A stretch of 64,000 bases of DNA, from assembly GCA_963555995.3 (NCBI GenBank), contig OY821641.1, positions 1,184,001-1,248,000 of the forward strand. Direction: 5' to 3'. A program made the position numbers and the translations under genes. The first letter of the stretch is position 1; each line of letters begins with the position of its first letter. This stretch comes from Vicinamibacteria bacterium. GTDB lineage: Bacteria > Acidobacteriota > Vicinamibacteria > Marinacidobacterales > Marinacidobacteraceae. Under the pieces are notes generated by a model. The model did no database searches. It saw only the letters and a list, made by a program, of their open reading frames with translations, and had not been told where the DNA came from. This document shows, one piece after another, positions 19,177-29,633 of the stretch.

Positions 19177-20505
19177 ATGACCGACGACCTCGCCAGCCTG
19201 TTTCGCGAACATCTCGAAATCCGCCTCGAGGGAATCGCCGAGGACCTCCGGAAGACCGGCTACGCGGCGCTGGTGCTGGCGTCGGGCGCGCAGTACTTCT
19301 ATTTCCGGGACGACCAGCCCGCTCCCTACCGCGCGAACGCGCACTTCCTCCATTTCTGTCCCCTGGAGGGACCCGGCCACCTCCTCCTGATCCGTCCGGG
19401 GAAGAAGCCGTTCCTGGCGACCCTGTCCCCCGACGACTTCTGGTACGAGCCGCAGCGGATCGGGGACGCCTTCTGGACCGAAGGGTTCAAGATCGCCGAG
19501 TGCGGTAGCCGCAAGCGGCAGATCGCCGAGATCACCAGGCGGCTCCCGAAGGGGCGGTCCGCCGGCATTGCGGAGAGTGGCGGCATCTCCGAAACCCTCG
19601 GGCTCGCGCACAATCCGCCCGCGCTCCTGACCCGGCTCGACTGGCGCCGCGCCATCAAGACCGGCTACGAGGTGGAGTGCATCAGCGAGGCGAGCCGCGT
19701 GGGGGCGGAGGGACACCTCGCCGCGGAGGCCGCCTTCCGGGACGGGGGCAGCGAGCTGGAGGTGCACCGCGCCTTTCTCGCCGCGGTCGGTGGATCGGAA
19801 GCGGACCTGCCGTATCCGACCATCGTCGGGCTCAACGAGAAGGGCGCCGTCCTCCACTACGAGGGCAAGCGGCCGGATGTCCGGGACGGCCGGAGTCTCC
19901 TCATTGATGCCGGGGCGCGCGTCCGCGGCTACGCCTCCGATATCACCAGGACCCACGCCGCCCCCTCGGCGGACGACCGGTTCCGTTCCCTGATCGCGGC
20001 GACGGAAAGCGCCCAGCAGGCGCTCTGTGAAGACGTGCGGGCGGGCCGTCCCTGGGCGGAACTCCACCACGAGGCGCACCTCGCGCTCTCGGGCGTCCTG
20101 AAGGACGAGAAGGTCATCCACCTGTCTCCCGAAGAGGCCGTCGGGAGCGGTCTCAGCCGGGTCTTCTTCCCGCACGGGCTCGGCCACTTCCTGGGGATCC
20201 AGGTGCACGACGTGGGAGGCCATCTCGCCGATCCCGACGGCCGCCGCGCCCCGCCCCCCAAGGCGCACCCGATGCTCCGCAGCACCCGCACCCTGGAGCC
20301 CGGCCACGTGCTGACGGTCGAACCCGGCGTCTATTTCATCGGCATGCTGCTCGACCGCTGGCGCCACGGGAAACGGGCGAGGCGCGAAGCCATCAACTGG
20401 GACGCCGTGGACACCCTCACCCCCTACGGCGGCGTCCGCATCGAGGACAACGTTCTGGTCACCGAAACCGGCCCCCGCAACCTCACGAGAGAACACCTCC
20501 CGTAG
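19177..20505 (+). CDS. pepQ: Xaa-Pro dipeptidase (prolidase, M24B)
   Basis: LLIDAGA, YASDITRT, FPHGLGHFLGIQVHDVGG, TVEPG, GGVRIEDNV. Confidence 0.9.
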   Translation: MTDDLASLFREHLEIRLEGIAEDLRKTGYAALVLASGAQYFYFRDDQPAPYRANAHFLHFCPLEGPGHLLLIRPGKKPFLATLSPDDFWYEPQRIGDAFWTEGFKIAECGSRKRQIAEITRRLPKGRSAGIAESGGISETLGLAHNPPALLTRLDWRRAIKTGYEVECISEASRVGAEGHLAAEAAFRDGGSELEVHRAFLAAVGGSEADLPYPTIVGLNEKGAVLHYEGKRPDVRDGRSLLIDAGARVRGYASDITRTHAAPSADDRFRSLIAATESAQQALCEDVRAGRPWAELHHEAHLALSGVLKDEKVIHLSPEEAVGSGLSRVFFPHGLGHFLGIQVHDVGGHLADPDGRRAPPPKAHPMLRSTRTLEPGHVLTVEPGVYFIGMLLDRWRHGKRARREAINWDAVDTLTPYGGVRIEDNVLVTETGPRNLTREHLP

Positions 20506-20628
20506 ACGCCGGGACCGCCGGTCTCCAGACCGGCACGCGCGGTGCTCCGCACCGCGCACGTCGTAACCCCACCCACCCTCACGACACGCATACGGCCTGG
20601 CACGCTCCGTCTCCAGGCCGCAGCCCCA

Positions 20629-21009
20629 TCAACCCGATCGCGCCACGCGCCTCCGCTGTCTCCTGATTAACCCGTGGCGAGAGCGCCAGCGGCGGCCCCC
20701 CGGCTTCAGGGGTTGCCCCGACGGAAGCGGCCGGATTCGCTCTGCGACCTCGGCCTCGGTACAGCCCCCGACCCGAACCAGCTTCTTGGGATGAGATGTT
20801 CCGGCGACGATCTGAACCGCATCGCGCGGGATCCCGAGCCGGTCGGCGAGGAGCGTGACCATCCGGGCGTTCGCCCTGCCGCGCTCGGGGGGAGGGGAGA
20901 CGTAGGCCCTGATCCTCCCGTCCTTCAGCCGCACGAGCCGCTCCTGAGAGGACCGCGCGGTGACCCACACCTTCAGGATGACCCCGGCGAGGGAACGCGG
21001 TTCCGGCAC
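20629..21009 (-). CDS. DUF167 (YggU-like) family protein
   Basis: LKVWVTARSS, PPERGRANARMVTLLA, IVAGTSHPKKLV. Confidence 0.8.
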   Translation of the reverse strand: MPEPRSLAGVILKVWVTARSSQERLVRLKDGRIRAYVSPPPERGRANARMVTLLADRLGIPRDAVQIVAGTSHPKKLVRVGGCTEAEVAERIRPLPSGQPLKPGGRRWRSRHGLIRRQRRRVARSG

Positions 21010-21147
21010 GGCCGAAATTGTAGAGGCGAGGGTGTTGCGAGCCGGTCTTCGTGATCCCGCTTGTTCGACGGCACGCCGCTGCGGGCCGGAGGCCCGCGGC
21101 GCCGGTCTGGAGACCGGCGTTCCAAGCCGTACCGCCGCTCCGCGCTC

Positions 21148-24100
21148 CTACTCCTCCTCGTTCTCTTCCGGCGGCCTTGGCCGATCCAGCCGGATGGATA
21201 CCCCGCCGAAGAACTCGCTCGTGTTGCGGTTGACCTGGTGGTCGCCGTCCAGCAGGTACTGGAGGACCGCCGTGTCCCAGGCCAGCCCGGCTGACGCGAC
21301 GACCTCCATCCAGGCGCCGTAAGCCGGCTCGTCGGGCGCCTCGGTGCCGCCCGCCCAGATGGTGATCTTCGGGTCGTAGCCGCGGCCTCCACGCCCCGGG
21401 GCGCTCGCGCGGCGGCCCTTGATGGGCATCTGGATGTTCACCCCGTTGTGGAGATCCATGTGGAACACCTCGGGCTCGAACTGCATCCCGTAGCGGCGGT
21501 AACGGTCGTAGGTCCGCTCGTTCATCGTCCTCACCAGGCTCGTGTCCTGGATGGCGTTCGTGATGTAGCCGCGGATCTTGAGCGCCGCGTCCTTGTGGCG
21601 CGGCAACTCGGGGTCGTCCACCACGTCGAAGCCGGGCATGAACCAGCCCTTGTTGAATCCCCAGTTCCGCTCGGTGCGCCGGCCGGCCCGGACCAGGCCG
21701 CTGAACTCGCTGAAGAGCTGGACGAGCTGGTGCGCCGGATAGCCGTGCGGGTTCAGGAAGATGTCCGGGAGCCACATCCGCCAGAGACGCGGCCGAACCT
21801 CCGCCTCCGGATAGATCGGCATCGGCTCGTCGCTGTCCGACGTGGAGTCGATTCCCAGCGACCCCCAGTAGCCGGCGTGCAGGATGTGCTCCCGGTTGTA
21901 CTGGTGCATGTCCCAGGCGAGCTGGGCGCCGTCGGGGTTCTGGATCGGGTGGAAGACGATGTTGACCTTGTCGAGGTTGCTCTTGCGCTCGGGATCGGTG
22001 AGCAGCATCTCGGCGAGCCGCAGGACGTGCGAGGTCGAGGAGACCTCGTTCGCGTGCTGCCGGGCGCTGTAGACGATGGTCGGCTTCAGCAGGCTCGCCT
22101 TCCGCTGCGACCAGTGCGTCGCGTCCATGGGCGGCATCAGGTCCATCGCCCAGGTGGACTGCCCGAGGTAGCTCTCGCCGATCTGGTAGACGGTCGCTTC
22201 GGGGAACTCGGACATCCTCGCGAGGATTCCGTAGGCCTCGGGAGGCGAGATCGGGGAGTCCCACTGCACGAGCTGGTCGTCGCTTCCGGTCGCGTCCCGG
22301 AAGGTCATGATGTCGGGGAAGGGCGGCGGCGCCCCGTTCGCCGCCAGGGTCGTCGCCCGCTCCGTGTCCGGCCCGTATCCCCAGTCCCAGGCGGCGGCGA
22401 CTTCCAGGTCGCCGAGCCCCGCGAAGGCCAGCTCACTTGAGTAGAGCCCGGCCGCCCGCAGCTCTCCGAGGAGTTCCAGCACCCGGGCGACCTGCGCGGC
22501 GGAGATGATCCGCTCGTCGGCGTCGTCCTCGCCGTGGCGTTCCACGTAGTAGTCCCGCTCATCCGCGTCGGTGTCCACCTTCACCCGGAGCCGGAGGCTG
22601 TCCAGCCCGGCGTTCCCGGCGCTCACCCGCGCCGTCATGGCCTTCGGCCGGCCCACCTCCACCTTGGGGATGTTCCGGCGCACGGTCCCGGTCCGCCCGT
22701 CGGCCGCGGTGTAGTCCACCACTATCGCCGGCCGGCTGGTCCGGAACCCGGTGAAGAGGATGTGCGCCGTCCCCGGCGTCCCGTCGGTCTTCCCCCGCAT
22801 CTCGGGGATCACGCGGCCGCCGTAGGTCAACTCGGTGCCCAGCGAGTTCCGTCCCAGGTGGCGCAGGAAGGAGTGGGTCACGAAGTAGATGTCCTCGTGG
22901 AGGGCGTCGTGCGTGGACTCGATCTCCTGTTCCACCCCCAGGAGGCGCTCCGGTTCCGAGAGCGAGAGCACCACCTTCAACTGGCCGAAGTACGGCGCAT
23001 CCGCGGGCCCCCGCGGCTTCCCCTCGTGGAGCTCCATGATGTATTCGTAGAGCCGGGCCAGGGTGTCCGACTGGTAGTGGTCCCAGAACGCCTCGGCGTC
23101 CATCCGGATCCGCTCGTCCACCACGGTTTCCCCGTCCACTTCGGCGGTGATCCCGCCGGTGGTGACCTGGATCCGTTCGTAGTCCGGATACCGGTCGAAG
23201 AACGGCCGGGAGACGAGCCGGGGCTCGAACGTCTCGTTCAGCAGGACCTCGCCGTTCGCGTCCTCGGCGACGATCCGGTAGGCGGGGGCGTCCGCTTCCG
23301 TGCGCAACTCGAACCCCACGTCCCCGAGATCGAGCGCCAGCGCCTCGGCCATGATCTCGTCGGCGGGGAACATGGCGTGCTGCCAGCGCAGCGGGGTGTG
23401 CATCGCCTGCTGCGGCCAGTCCGGGGGCGGCCGGTGCTCGCGGAAGAGCAGCCGGACGCGCGCCGTCGGCGTCCCGCCCTCGCGGAGCGCCAGCAGCCGC
23501 GGCAGGACCACCTCCTCGATCCAGCTGTAGCCCTGCCGGTAGGCCGAGAGGACCACCACGTCGCCGTCCGAGACCGAAGCGCCCCGGCCGCGGAGGTCGG
23601 CCACCAGCTCGTCGCGCAGCGAGTGGCGCACGGCGGCCGGTTCGCTCAGGACGACCGTGACCCGGACCCGGTCCCCGCGGCCGACCGCCGGGAGCAACCG
23701 GTCCGCCACGATTCCCCGGAACTCCTCGACCTCGGAGGGCACCGCGAACTCCTCTTCGTGGATGACCGCCGCGTTTTCCACGTTCCGGTCGTCGAGTTCG
23801 ACGGTCGCGTCACCGAGTCCCAGCCGCTCCGCCGCCGCCGCGACGAAGTCGTCGAGGCCCGGCGCCGGGTCCTTTACCGAGACCAGGATCTTCGAGCTCT
23901 CGATCCCGAGATGGGAGATGTCCGCGGCGATCCGTTCCAGCTTGTAGAGCGCCGCCGCCGCCTGGCCGCCGGGGCTGCGCTGGGTGAGGAACTTCCAGGT
24001 GTTGAACTCGACGGCGTCCACCGTGGGGTGGTCCTTCTTGCGGTTCGCGGCGTCGAGGTGGGGCAGGCCCACCGCCGTCTGGTAGAGGGCGCGGGACAGC

Positions 24101-25266
24101 CCGGCCTGGTCGCCGCCGGTGATCGCGAGCGCGGACTTCTTGCCGAACGCTTCCGGGATCACCCCGACGAAGCCCTCGCCGGGTTCGAGGTCGGGGACCG
24201 CGAGATCCGCGAGCAGCGGGTTCTCGCCGGCCGTGCCGATGACCACCAGGGTCGGCGCGGCGCCCGGCTCGTCAATCGCGCCCGCGGCGGCCGCCACCGG
24301 GAAGTCCATCCCGGACGACTCGAGGCCCAGCCGCGCGGCGAGGGCGACCGTGCCGCCCGGATCTTCGGCGGTCACCGCCAGGCGCGCGTCCAGCTGGTCC
24401 GGGATGCGGTCGCCGTTCGAATCGCCCAGCAGCCCGTCGGGCTCGTAGAGGACCGCGAGCCGGAGGTCGTTCTTGGCGCCGGAACCGGGCCGGCCGGGGA
24501 CGGGTCCGGGCTCCACGGCGGGCGGGTCATGGCTGACCGACGCCTCCGACTCCCCGCCGTCGTGCGCCGCCACCACCCGCAAGGTGGCGAGGCTGTCGAA
24601 GCGCAGGTCGTCCCCGGCGGACTCCACGGCCGAGGTGACGGCGTTCGCGGCGTCCGCGTCGGCGGCGGCGACGCGCACGTCCGCGGAGGCCAGCGAACTC
24701 GCGCCCGCTTCCAACTCCACCCGCACCGTGTGAGCGGCGGCGGCCGCGTCTCCGGCAGCGCTCATGACCGCCGCCTCGACGTCCCCGAGGGACTCGCCGT
24801 CCGTCCGGAAAACGTGGGGCGCCCGGGAGGCGAGCCACGCGGCGGCGGCCGCGAGGCCGGCGTCGTCACCGCCGCGGACCGCGACGATCACGGAATCGCC
24901 CGCGGTGTGCAGCTCCACGGCGCCGCGTCCGGCGGCCAGGTCGCCCATCCCGGACACGCCGAGCCGGGAGAGCGCTTCGTCGCCCACGGCGATCTCCATC
25001 TCCGCGTCGGTGGGAAACGGGAGATTGAGCGCCAGGGTCTCGAACCCGAGCCGGGCGGCGAGGTCCGCGGCGATCGCGACCTCGGCCGCCGAGGGGGAAC
25101 CGGGCAGCACGACCCGGGCGTTCAAGCGGTCGGCGACGCCGTCCCCGTTCGTGTCGGAAACGGCGCCGCCCAGCGCGTAGAGCGCGGCAAGCGACTCCGG
25201 CTGTGCGGCCGCCGGGGCGGCGGCCAGGACAACGGCAAGACTCAGAACAACGGCGGAAGTACGCAT
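21148..25266 (-). CDS. Large secreted M14-type zinc carboxypeptidase with duplicated N-terminal modules (1372 aa)
   Basis: Signal peptide at 25266 with GGAGG SD; GESYLG, ARQHANE (HxxE), NPDG, NPHG. Confidence 0.85.
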   Translation of the reverse strand: MRTSAVVLSLAVVLAAAPAAAQPESLAALYALGGAVSDTNGDGVADRLNARVVLPGSPSAAEVAIAADLAARLGFETLALNLPFPTDAEMEIAVGDEALSRLGVSGMGDLAAGRGAVELHTAGDSVIVAVRGGDDAGLAAAAAWLASRAPHVFRTDGESLGDVEAAVMSAAGDAAAAAHTVRVELEAGASSLASADVRVAAADADAANAVTSAVESAGDDLRFDSLATLRVVAAHDGGESEASVSHDPPAVEPGPVPGRPGSGAKNDLRLAVLYEPDGLLGDSNGDRIPDQLDARLAVTAEDPGGTVALAARLGLESSGMDFPVAAAAGAIDEPGAAPTLVVIGTAGENPLLADLAVPDLEPGEGFVGVIPEAFGKKSALAITGGDQAGLSRALYQTAVGLPHLDAANRKKDHPTVDAVEFNTWKFLTQRSPGGQAAAALYKLERIAADISHLGIESSKILVSVKDPAPGLDDFVAAAAERLGLGDATVELDDRNVENAAVIHEEEFAVPSEVEEFRGIVADRLLPAVGRGDRVRVTVVLSEPAAVRHSLRDELVADLRGRGASVSDGDVVVLSAYRQGYSWIEEVVLPRLLALREGGTPTARVRLLFREHRPPPDWPQQAMHTPLRWQHAMFPADEIMAEALALDLGDVGFELRTEADAPAYRIVAEDANGEVLLNETFEPRLVSRPFFDRYPDYERIQVTTGGITAEVDGETVVDERIRMDAEAFWDHYQSDTLARLYEYIMELHEGKPRGPADAPYFGQLKVVLSLSEPERLLGVEQEIESTHDALHEDIYFVTHSFLRHLGRNSLGTELTYGGRVIPEMRGKTDGTPGTAHILFTGFRTSRPAIVVDYTAADGRTGTVRRNIPKVEVGRPKAMTARVSAGNAGLDSLRLRVKVDTDADERDYYVERHGEDDADERIISAAQVARVLELLGELRAAGLYSSELAFAGLGDLEVAAAWDWGYGPDTERATTLAANGAPPPFPDIMTFRDATGSDDQLVQWDSPISPPEAYGILARMSEFPEATVYQIGESYLGQSTWAMDLMPPMDATHWSQRKASLLKPTIVYSARQHANEVSSTSHVLRLAEMLLTDPERKSNLDKVNIVFHPIQNPDGAQLAWDMHQYNREHILHAGYWGSLGIDSTSDSDEPMPIYPEAEVRPRLWRMWLPDIFLNPHGYPAHQLVQLFSEFSGLVRAGRRTERNWGFNKGWFMPGFDVVDDPELPRHKDAALKIRGYITNAIQDTSLVRTMNERTYDRYRRYGMQFEPEVFHMDLHNGVNIQMPIKGRRASAPGRGGRGYDPKITIWAGGTEAPDEPAYGAWMEVVASAGLAWDTAVLQYLLDGDHQVNRNTSEFFGGVSIRLDRPRPPEENEEE

Positions 25267-25529
25267 CGCACTGCCTCCTTCCCGGGCGGCCGGCGGGGAA
25301 CCGCCCATTGTAGGGGGTGGGTTCGCGCGCCCGGACGGCGCCCTTCTTCCGGCCAGCCGCGGACGCTCTGGTCGGGGGCGCCGGCGGTCCCGGCCAGAAC
25401 TACCCTCATTTGCTCTTGGACAGCAGGAACGGCTCGGACTCGGAGCGCCGGCCTCCGACCGGCATCGCCGAGCGCGGCGAGGCGGAACCGCACTCCCCGA
25501 CGAGTCCTGACGGTGCGAACGCAAGCAGG

Positions 25530-25695
25530 GGGAGCGCCGGTCTTCAGACCGGCACCGCGGGCCAAAGGCCCGCGCGGATGTCGTGTCGCAGTTCGCGGTG
25601 TCGAACCCAGGAGCGGAACGCCGCCGCGCAGGTGAGCGTCGCGCCGTGCGCTGCGCTATGGCGCAGCGCGTGCCGGTCTGAAGACCGGCGCTCCC
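25530..25695. repeat. REPIN-like element (inverted REP pair with conserved core)
   Basis: GGGAGCGCCGGTCTTCAGACCGGCAC ... GTGCCGGTCTGAAGACCGGCGCTCCC; core similar to 55253-55415 and 61831-61988. Confidence 0.85.
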
Positions 25696-25803
25696 AGCCG
25701 GCGGCACAACCTGCGCTGGTTGACGTTTCGCCGGGACCCTGTTTCCACAGCGACTGACCGGCGGTCCCCGGGGAGAGAGCGACGTTCCCTTATTCTCGGG
25801 CGG

Positions 25804-26934
25804 ATGCGGCGCACCGGGGTCTGGATGGCGGTCTGGTTGGCGGCGGCCATCACTGCCGGTTCCTGCCGCAGCTCGGTCTGGCCGGGGGCCGAGGCGACGC
25901 GGGAGGCGCTCGTCGCCCTTCACCGCGACGTGCGGGGCCGGGTGCTGGCCGGTGACCTGGCGCGGGCCGACGGCTTCGCCTACGCGGTGGACGTGGGCGA
26001 ACTCCTGCGGGTGGCGGCGCGGCTCGGCGACCGGGAGATGTACGCGGCGCTTCGCGGTTTCGCCGTCCGGCGGCTGATCGTGGACGAGCCCGACGATCCC
26101 CACACCCGCGGCTTCGTTCTCTGGCGGCGGTCGCCGGCGCCGGTGGACGAGGAGGATGCCCCGGACGCTTCCGGAACCACGGAGGCGCTGCGGGTCTCCG
26201 AGGGGCTCTGGGCGGGCGCGCTCGCGTTCGGCGCCACCGAGGACCGGGAACTCGCGCTCACGATCCTGGCCGGCTACGCGCGGCACGCGAGCGACGCCGC
26301 CGGCCTGCTCCTCATTCGCAACTACTTCAACTTCGGCAGCCGGGACTTCGCCACGAACTCGTTCCTCGTGGACTACGCCCCCGACTACCTCGCGCGGGTG
26401 GCCCGGGACACGGGCCGGCAGGATTTCGCAAAACTGGCGGCGCGCAGCTACGAGGTCGTCCGCGCCGCGCGCTCGCCGGCGGGACTCATCTACGACGTGT
26501 TCCAGCCGGAGATGGCCACGCTGTTCGACGACCGCCGGACGCTGCTCTATTCGCCGAACGACATCGTCCAGACCTCGAACGCGGCGGCGATCGCGGCGAC
26601 GGTGCTCGAAGGCGCGCCGGAGGTGGCATCCCGGATTCTCGCCTTCTGCCGCGACCGGATGCCGGGTCTCAAGCTCGCTTACTACGGGCGCACCGGGGAG
26701 GAGGCGCGGCAGAAACGTCCCGGAATCGAGATCTGGGGGACGCTGACCGAGATGAGCGTCCGCCGCCGGGACGAAACCGCGATCCGGGCCTTCGCCCCGT
26801 TCCTGGTCTCGAACGCCGCCGCCGACCGCATTCCGGGCGACGCCTTCCTCTACGTCGGCGCCCACCTGCTGCTCGGCCTCGAAGCCCTCGACGGGTACTT
26901 CGGACTGGAGCGGCCCGTCCCGATCGTCCGGTGA
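25804..26934 (+). CDS. Hypothetical exported protein, possible (alpha/alpha)6 glycosidase-like fold
   Basis: Signal/lipobox-like AGSC; DASGTTEALRVSEGLW loosely resembles the GH8 ATDADL..A.AL segment. Confidence 0.6.
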   Translation: MRRTGVWMAVWLAAAITAGSCRSSVWPGAEATREALVALHRDVRGRVLAGDLARADGFAYAVDVGELLRVAARLGDREMYAALRGFAVRRLIVDEPDDPHTRGFVLWRRSPAPVDEEDAPDASGTTEALRVSEGLWAGALAFGATEDRELALTILAGYARHASDAAGLLLIRNYFNFGSRDFATNSFLVDYAPDYLARVARDTGRQDFAKLAARSYEVVRAARSPAGLIYDVFQPEMATLFDDRRTLLYSPNDIVQTSNAAAIAATVLEGAPEVASRILAFCRDRMPGLKLAYYGRTGEEARQKRPGIEIWGTLTEMSVRRRDETAIRAFAPFLVSNAAADRIPGDAFLYVGAHLLLGLEALDGYFGLERPVPIVR

Positions 26935-28514
26935 AAGGCGCGACTCCCGGTCCCGCGCGAGGCGGCTGGTTGCGAGTTGCCCTGGCGCTCGTCGGACTGA
27001 ATCTGCTCCTGACGGTTTCGTTCTCGTCGGCCGTCCCGTGGGTGCGCCCGACGGCCGCGGTTTCTCCGGACCTGCTCCTGCTGGTGGGCGCCGGAGCCCT
27101 GCTCGGCGGCCGGTGGTCTCCCCGCTGGCTCCGGGTTCTCATCGCCCTGACCCTGCTGGCCGCGGCCTCCGCCCGGATCGCGGACCTCGTCGCCCTCGGA
27201 CTGCTGGGGCGCCCCCTCGACCCGGCGGGCGACCTGCCGCACCTCGGGAACGTGGCGGAAATGCTCGCGACCGTGAGTCCGGTCCTGACCCCGGCGGTCC
27301 TGGTTCCGCTCGGCGGCCTCTTCCTGGGCGGCCTGCTCCTGCTCATCGTCCGCGCGCTGGGCATCCTCGCGGAAGCGGCAGCCCGCCTCGACCGGCGCCG
27401 CCGCGCGGGATTCGCCGCCGCCGCGTCCGTCCTGCTCGCCGTCCCGTGGCTCTGGCCGCCCGGAGGTTCCGCCCTGCTGGCTGCGTGGAGCCTCGCCGCC
27501 GCCCCCGCCGCCGAGCCGCGCGCCTCCATCACCGCTCCACCGCTCCCCGGCGCTCCCGACCTGGGAGGCGCCGACTTCTACGTGATCTTCCTCGAGTCCT
27601 ACGGGGTGGCGGCGTTCCAGGACCCGGGACGCCGCGCCGCGCTCGAAACGGCGGCCGCGCGCTGGGCCGAAGACGCGAAAGCCGGAGGCTTCGACTACCG
27701 CTCGGCGCAGATCCAGAGCCCCACCTTCGGAGGCGGCTCCTGGCGCGCCCACGCCTCGCTGCTTTCGGGCGTTTGGGTGGAGCGCGAAGCGCTCTACCGG
27801 GCGCTGATCGGGTCCGAGCGGGCCAGTCTCGTGCGCCTCCTGGGACAGGCGGGATACCGGACCGTCGCCTTCGAACCGGGAATCCAGGGCGATTGGCCCG
27901 AGGGCGCCTGGTACGGCTTCGACCGCATCTACGACCGGGAGGGGATCGGCTACCGGGGTCCGGCGATGGGCTGGTGGGAGGTCCCGGACCAGTACACCCT
28001 CCACGCGCTCCACGAGCGGGAGATCCGCACTGCCGACCGGCCGCTGTTCGCCAAGGTCTCCCTGATCATGAGCCACATCCCCTACTGGCCCGTACCGCCC
28101 TACGTCACTCCCTGGAGCCGCTTCGACGCGGGGACCGCCTACGAAGGGCCGCTCCGCTCCGTCGCCCACGACGACTACCGGGACCTCGCCGAGCTGTCCG
28201 AGCGCTACGTGACCAGCCTGGAGTACCAGTTCCGCGTGGTGGGCGGGTTTCTGCGCGAGTTCGCGCCCCGCCCGGCGCTGGTCGCGGTCATCGGCGATCA
28301 CCAGCCGCCGAAGCTCTCGCTCCACGACAGCGACACCTGGGCGACCCCCATCCACCTTTTCGCCCGGGACCCGGCGCTCCTGGAACCGTGGGAAGAACGC
28401 GGCTTCACCCGCACGCTGGTTCCCGAGGCCGGCACTTCGTGGCGGATGAGCGATTTTCCCCACGATCTGGCGGAGTTCTTCCCCGACCGGAGGGCCGCCG
28501 ACGCGGCGCCCTGA
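26931..28514 (+). CDS. Membrane-anchored sulfatase-like (alkaline phosphatase superfamily) protein
   Basis: 5 N-terminal TM; FLESYG, SPTFGGGSWRAHASLLSG, VPDQY, SHIP, IGDHQP. Confidence 0.85.
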   Translation: MKGATPGPARGGWLRVALALVGLNLLLTVSFSSAVPWVRPTAAVSPDLLLLVGAGALLGGRWSPRWLRVLIALTLLAAASARIADLVALGLLGRPLDPAGDLPHLGNVAEMLATVSPVLTPAVLVPLGGLFLGGLLLLIVRALGILAEAAARLDRRRRAGFAAAASVLLAVPWLWPPGGSALLAAWSLAAAPAAEPRASITAPPLPGAPDLGGADFYVIFLESYGVAAFQDPGRRAALETAAARWAEDAKAGGFDYRSAQIQSPTFGGGSWRAHASLLSGVWVEREALYRALIGSERASLVRLLGQAGYRTVAFEPGIQGDWPEGAWYGFDRIYDREGIGYRGPAMGWWEVPDQYTLHALHEREIRTADRPLFAKVSLIMSHIPYWPVPPYVTPWSRFDAGTAYEGPLRSVAHDDYRDLAELSERYVTSLEYQFRVVGGFLREFAPRPALVAVIGDHQPPKLSLHDSDTWATPIHLFARDPALLEPWEERGFTRTLVPEAGTSWRMSDFPHDLAEFFPDRRAADAAP

Positions 28515-28548
28515 TAATTTCCACCCCGAACCCGCGGCGAGATCTGGA

Positions 28549-29589
28549 ATGAAGGGAACCTGGAGGAAGGCGATTCCTCCGGCATGGGCGGTCGCTGCGG
28601 CGATCCTGGCCGCGCCGGGCAGCGCCTGGCCGCAGACGACGCCGTTCGAGCGGCTGCCGGCCGAGCAGTTCGACGCCACCCCGCCCTCGGCGCTCGTGGA
28701 TGGGGCGCCGGGACGCATGAGCGTCCGGTCCAGCGCCTGCCGGAACCTGTCGGTCGGGGAGACCCGGCGGCGCATCGTGGACGTCGCGGTCCAGGAGTGG
28801 GGCTTCTTCGGGTTCTACGTGATTGATCAGACCGGACCCTCAACGCGCACCCGGAGCGCCCGGGGAACGAGGCGATGGTGGTGGAGGCCCGCCAACGCGG
28901 CGGAGGGCGTCCGCATCGCGCCGACCATCGCCGGGTACTGGGCGGCGACCCCGCGCGGGTCGTGGATGATCGAACGCCAGAACGGGCGGTGGAACGGGCC
29001 CGGCGGCCTCACCTCCCACTGGCGCGATCCCTGGTCCGCCGCCTTCATCTCGTGGGTGATGTGCGAGGGCGGACTCGGCAGCCCGGACCGGTTCCGGCGC
29101 GCCATCGCGCACCACGTCTATGTGGACCAGGCGATCCGCGCCCGCGACGCAGAGTCTCCGCCGGCCGCGTTCCTCGCCCACGACATCGGTGACGCCGCCG
29201 TCACGCCGGGCGATCTGCTCTGCAGCAGCCGGCGGAGCAGCTACACGTCCATCGCGCAGCGCCGCCGGCATCTCGGCGTCGGCGCCCGGATGCATTGCGA
29301 CGTCGTCGTTGCGCTGGAGCCGGAGCGCGAACGCATCCTCACCATCGGCGGCAACGTGCGGGGCACGGTCGGCCTCAAGCTGATGCCCGCCGCCCTCCGG
29401 GGCGGCCATCTCGTGCCCACCCGCCGGCTGTTCGCCCACCTGAAGCTCCGGGCCGACCCCATCGGGAACGACGCCCTGAGCGCCAGCCCCACCCTGCAGG
29501 CGCTCGAAGGCGCGCCGGGCGTCCGGCTTCCGGCCGCAGTGGCGGACCTGCTCCCGTCCCCGGCCCGCTCCACCGGCCCCGGAAGCTAG
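28549..29589 (+). CDS. DUF2272 domain secreted protein
   Basis: PWSAAFISWVM, PGDLLC, HCDVVV, IGGNV. Confidence 0.85.
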   Translation: MKGTWRKAIPPAWAVAAAILAAPGSAWPQTTPFERLPAEQFDATPPSALVDGAPGRMSVRSSACRNLSVGETRRRIVDVAVQEWGFFGFYVIDQTGPSTRTRSARGTRRWWWRPANAAEGVRIAPTIAGYWAATPRGSWMIERQNGRWNGPGGLTSHWRDPWSAAFISWVMCEGGLGSPDRFRRAIAHHVYVDQAIRARDAESPPAAFLAHDIGDAAVTPGDLLCSSRRSSYTSIAQRRRHLGVGARMHCDVVVALEPERERILTIGGNVRGTVGLKLMPAALRGGHLVPTRRLFAHLKLRADPIGNDALSASPTLQALEGAPGVRLPAAVADLLPSPARSTGPGS

Positions 29590-29624
29590 TCACCCCACCC
29601 GGCAGCAGTTCCGGGTGGGGTGAC
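29589..29624. terminator. Hairpin between convergent genes (possible bidirectional terminator)
   Basis: GTCACCCCACCCGG-8nt-CCGGGTGGGGTGAC, 14-bp perfect stem; no U-tract. Confidence 0.55.
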
Positions 29625-29633
29625 GGTTGCGGC

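Noticed and set aside
25267-26865. N-terminal extension making a 1905-aa M14 protein
   Set aside because: Runs through REPs and antisense to another gene; signal peptide and SD place the start at 25266
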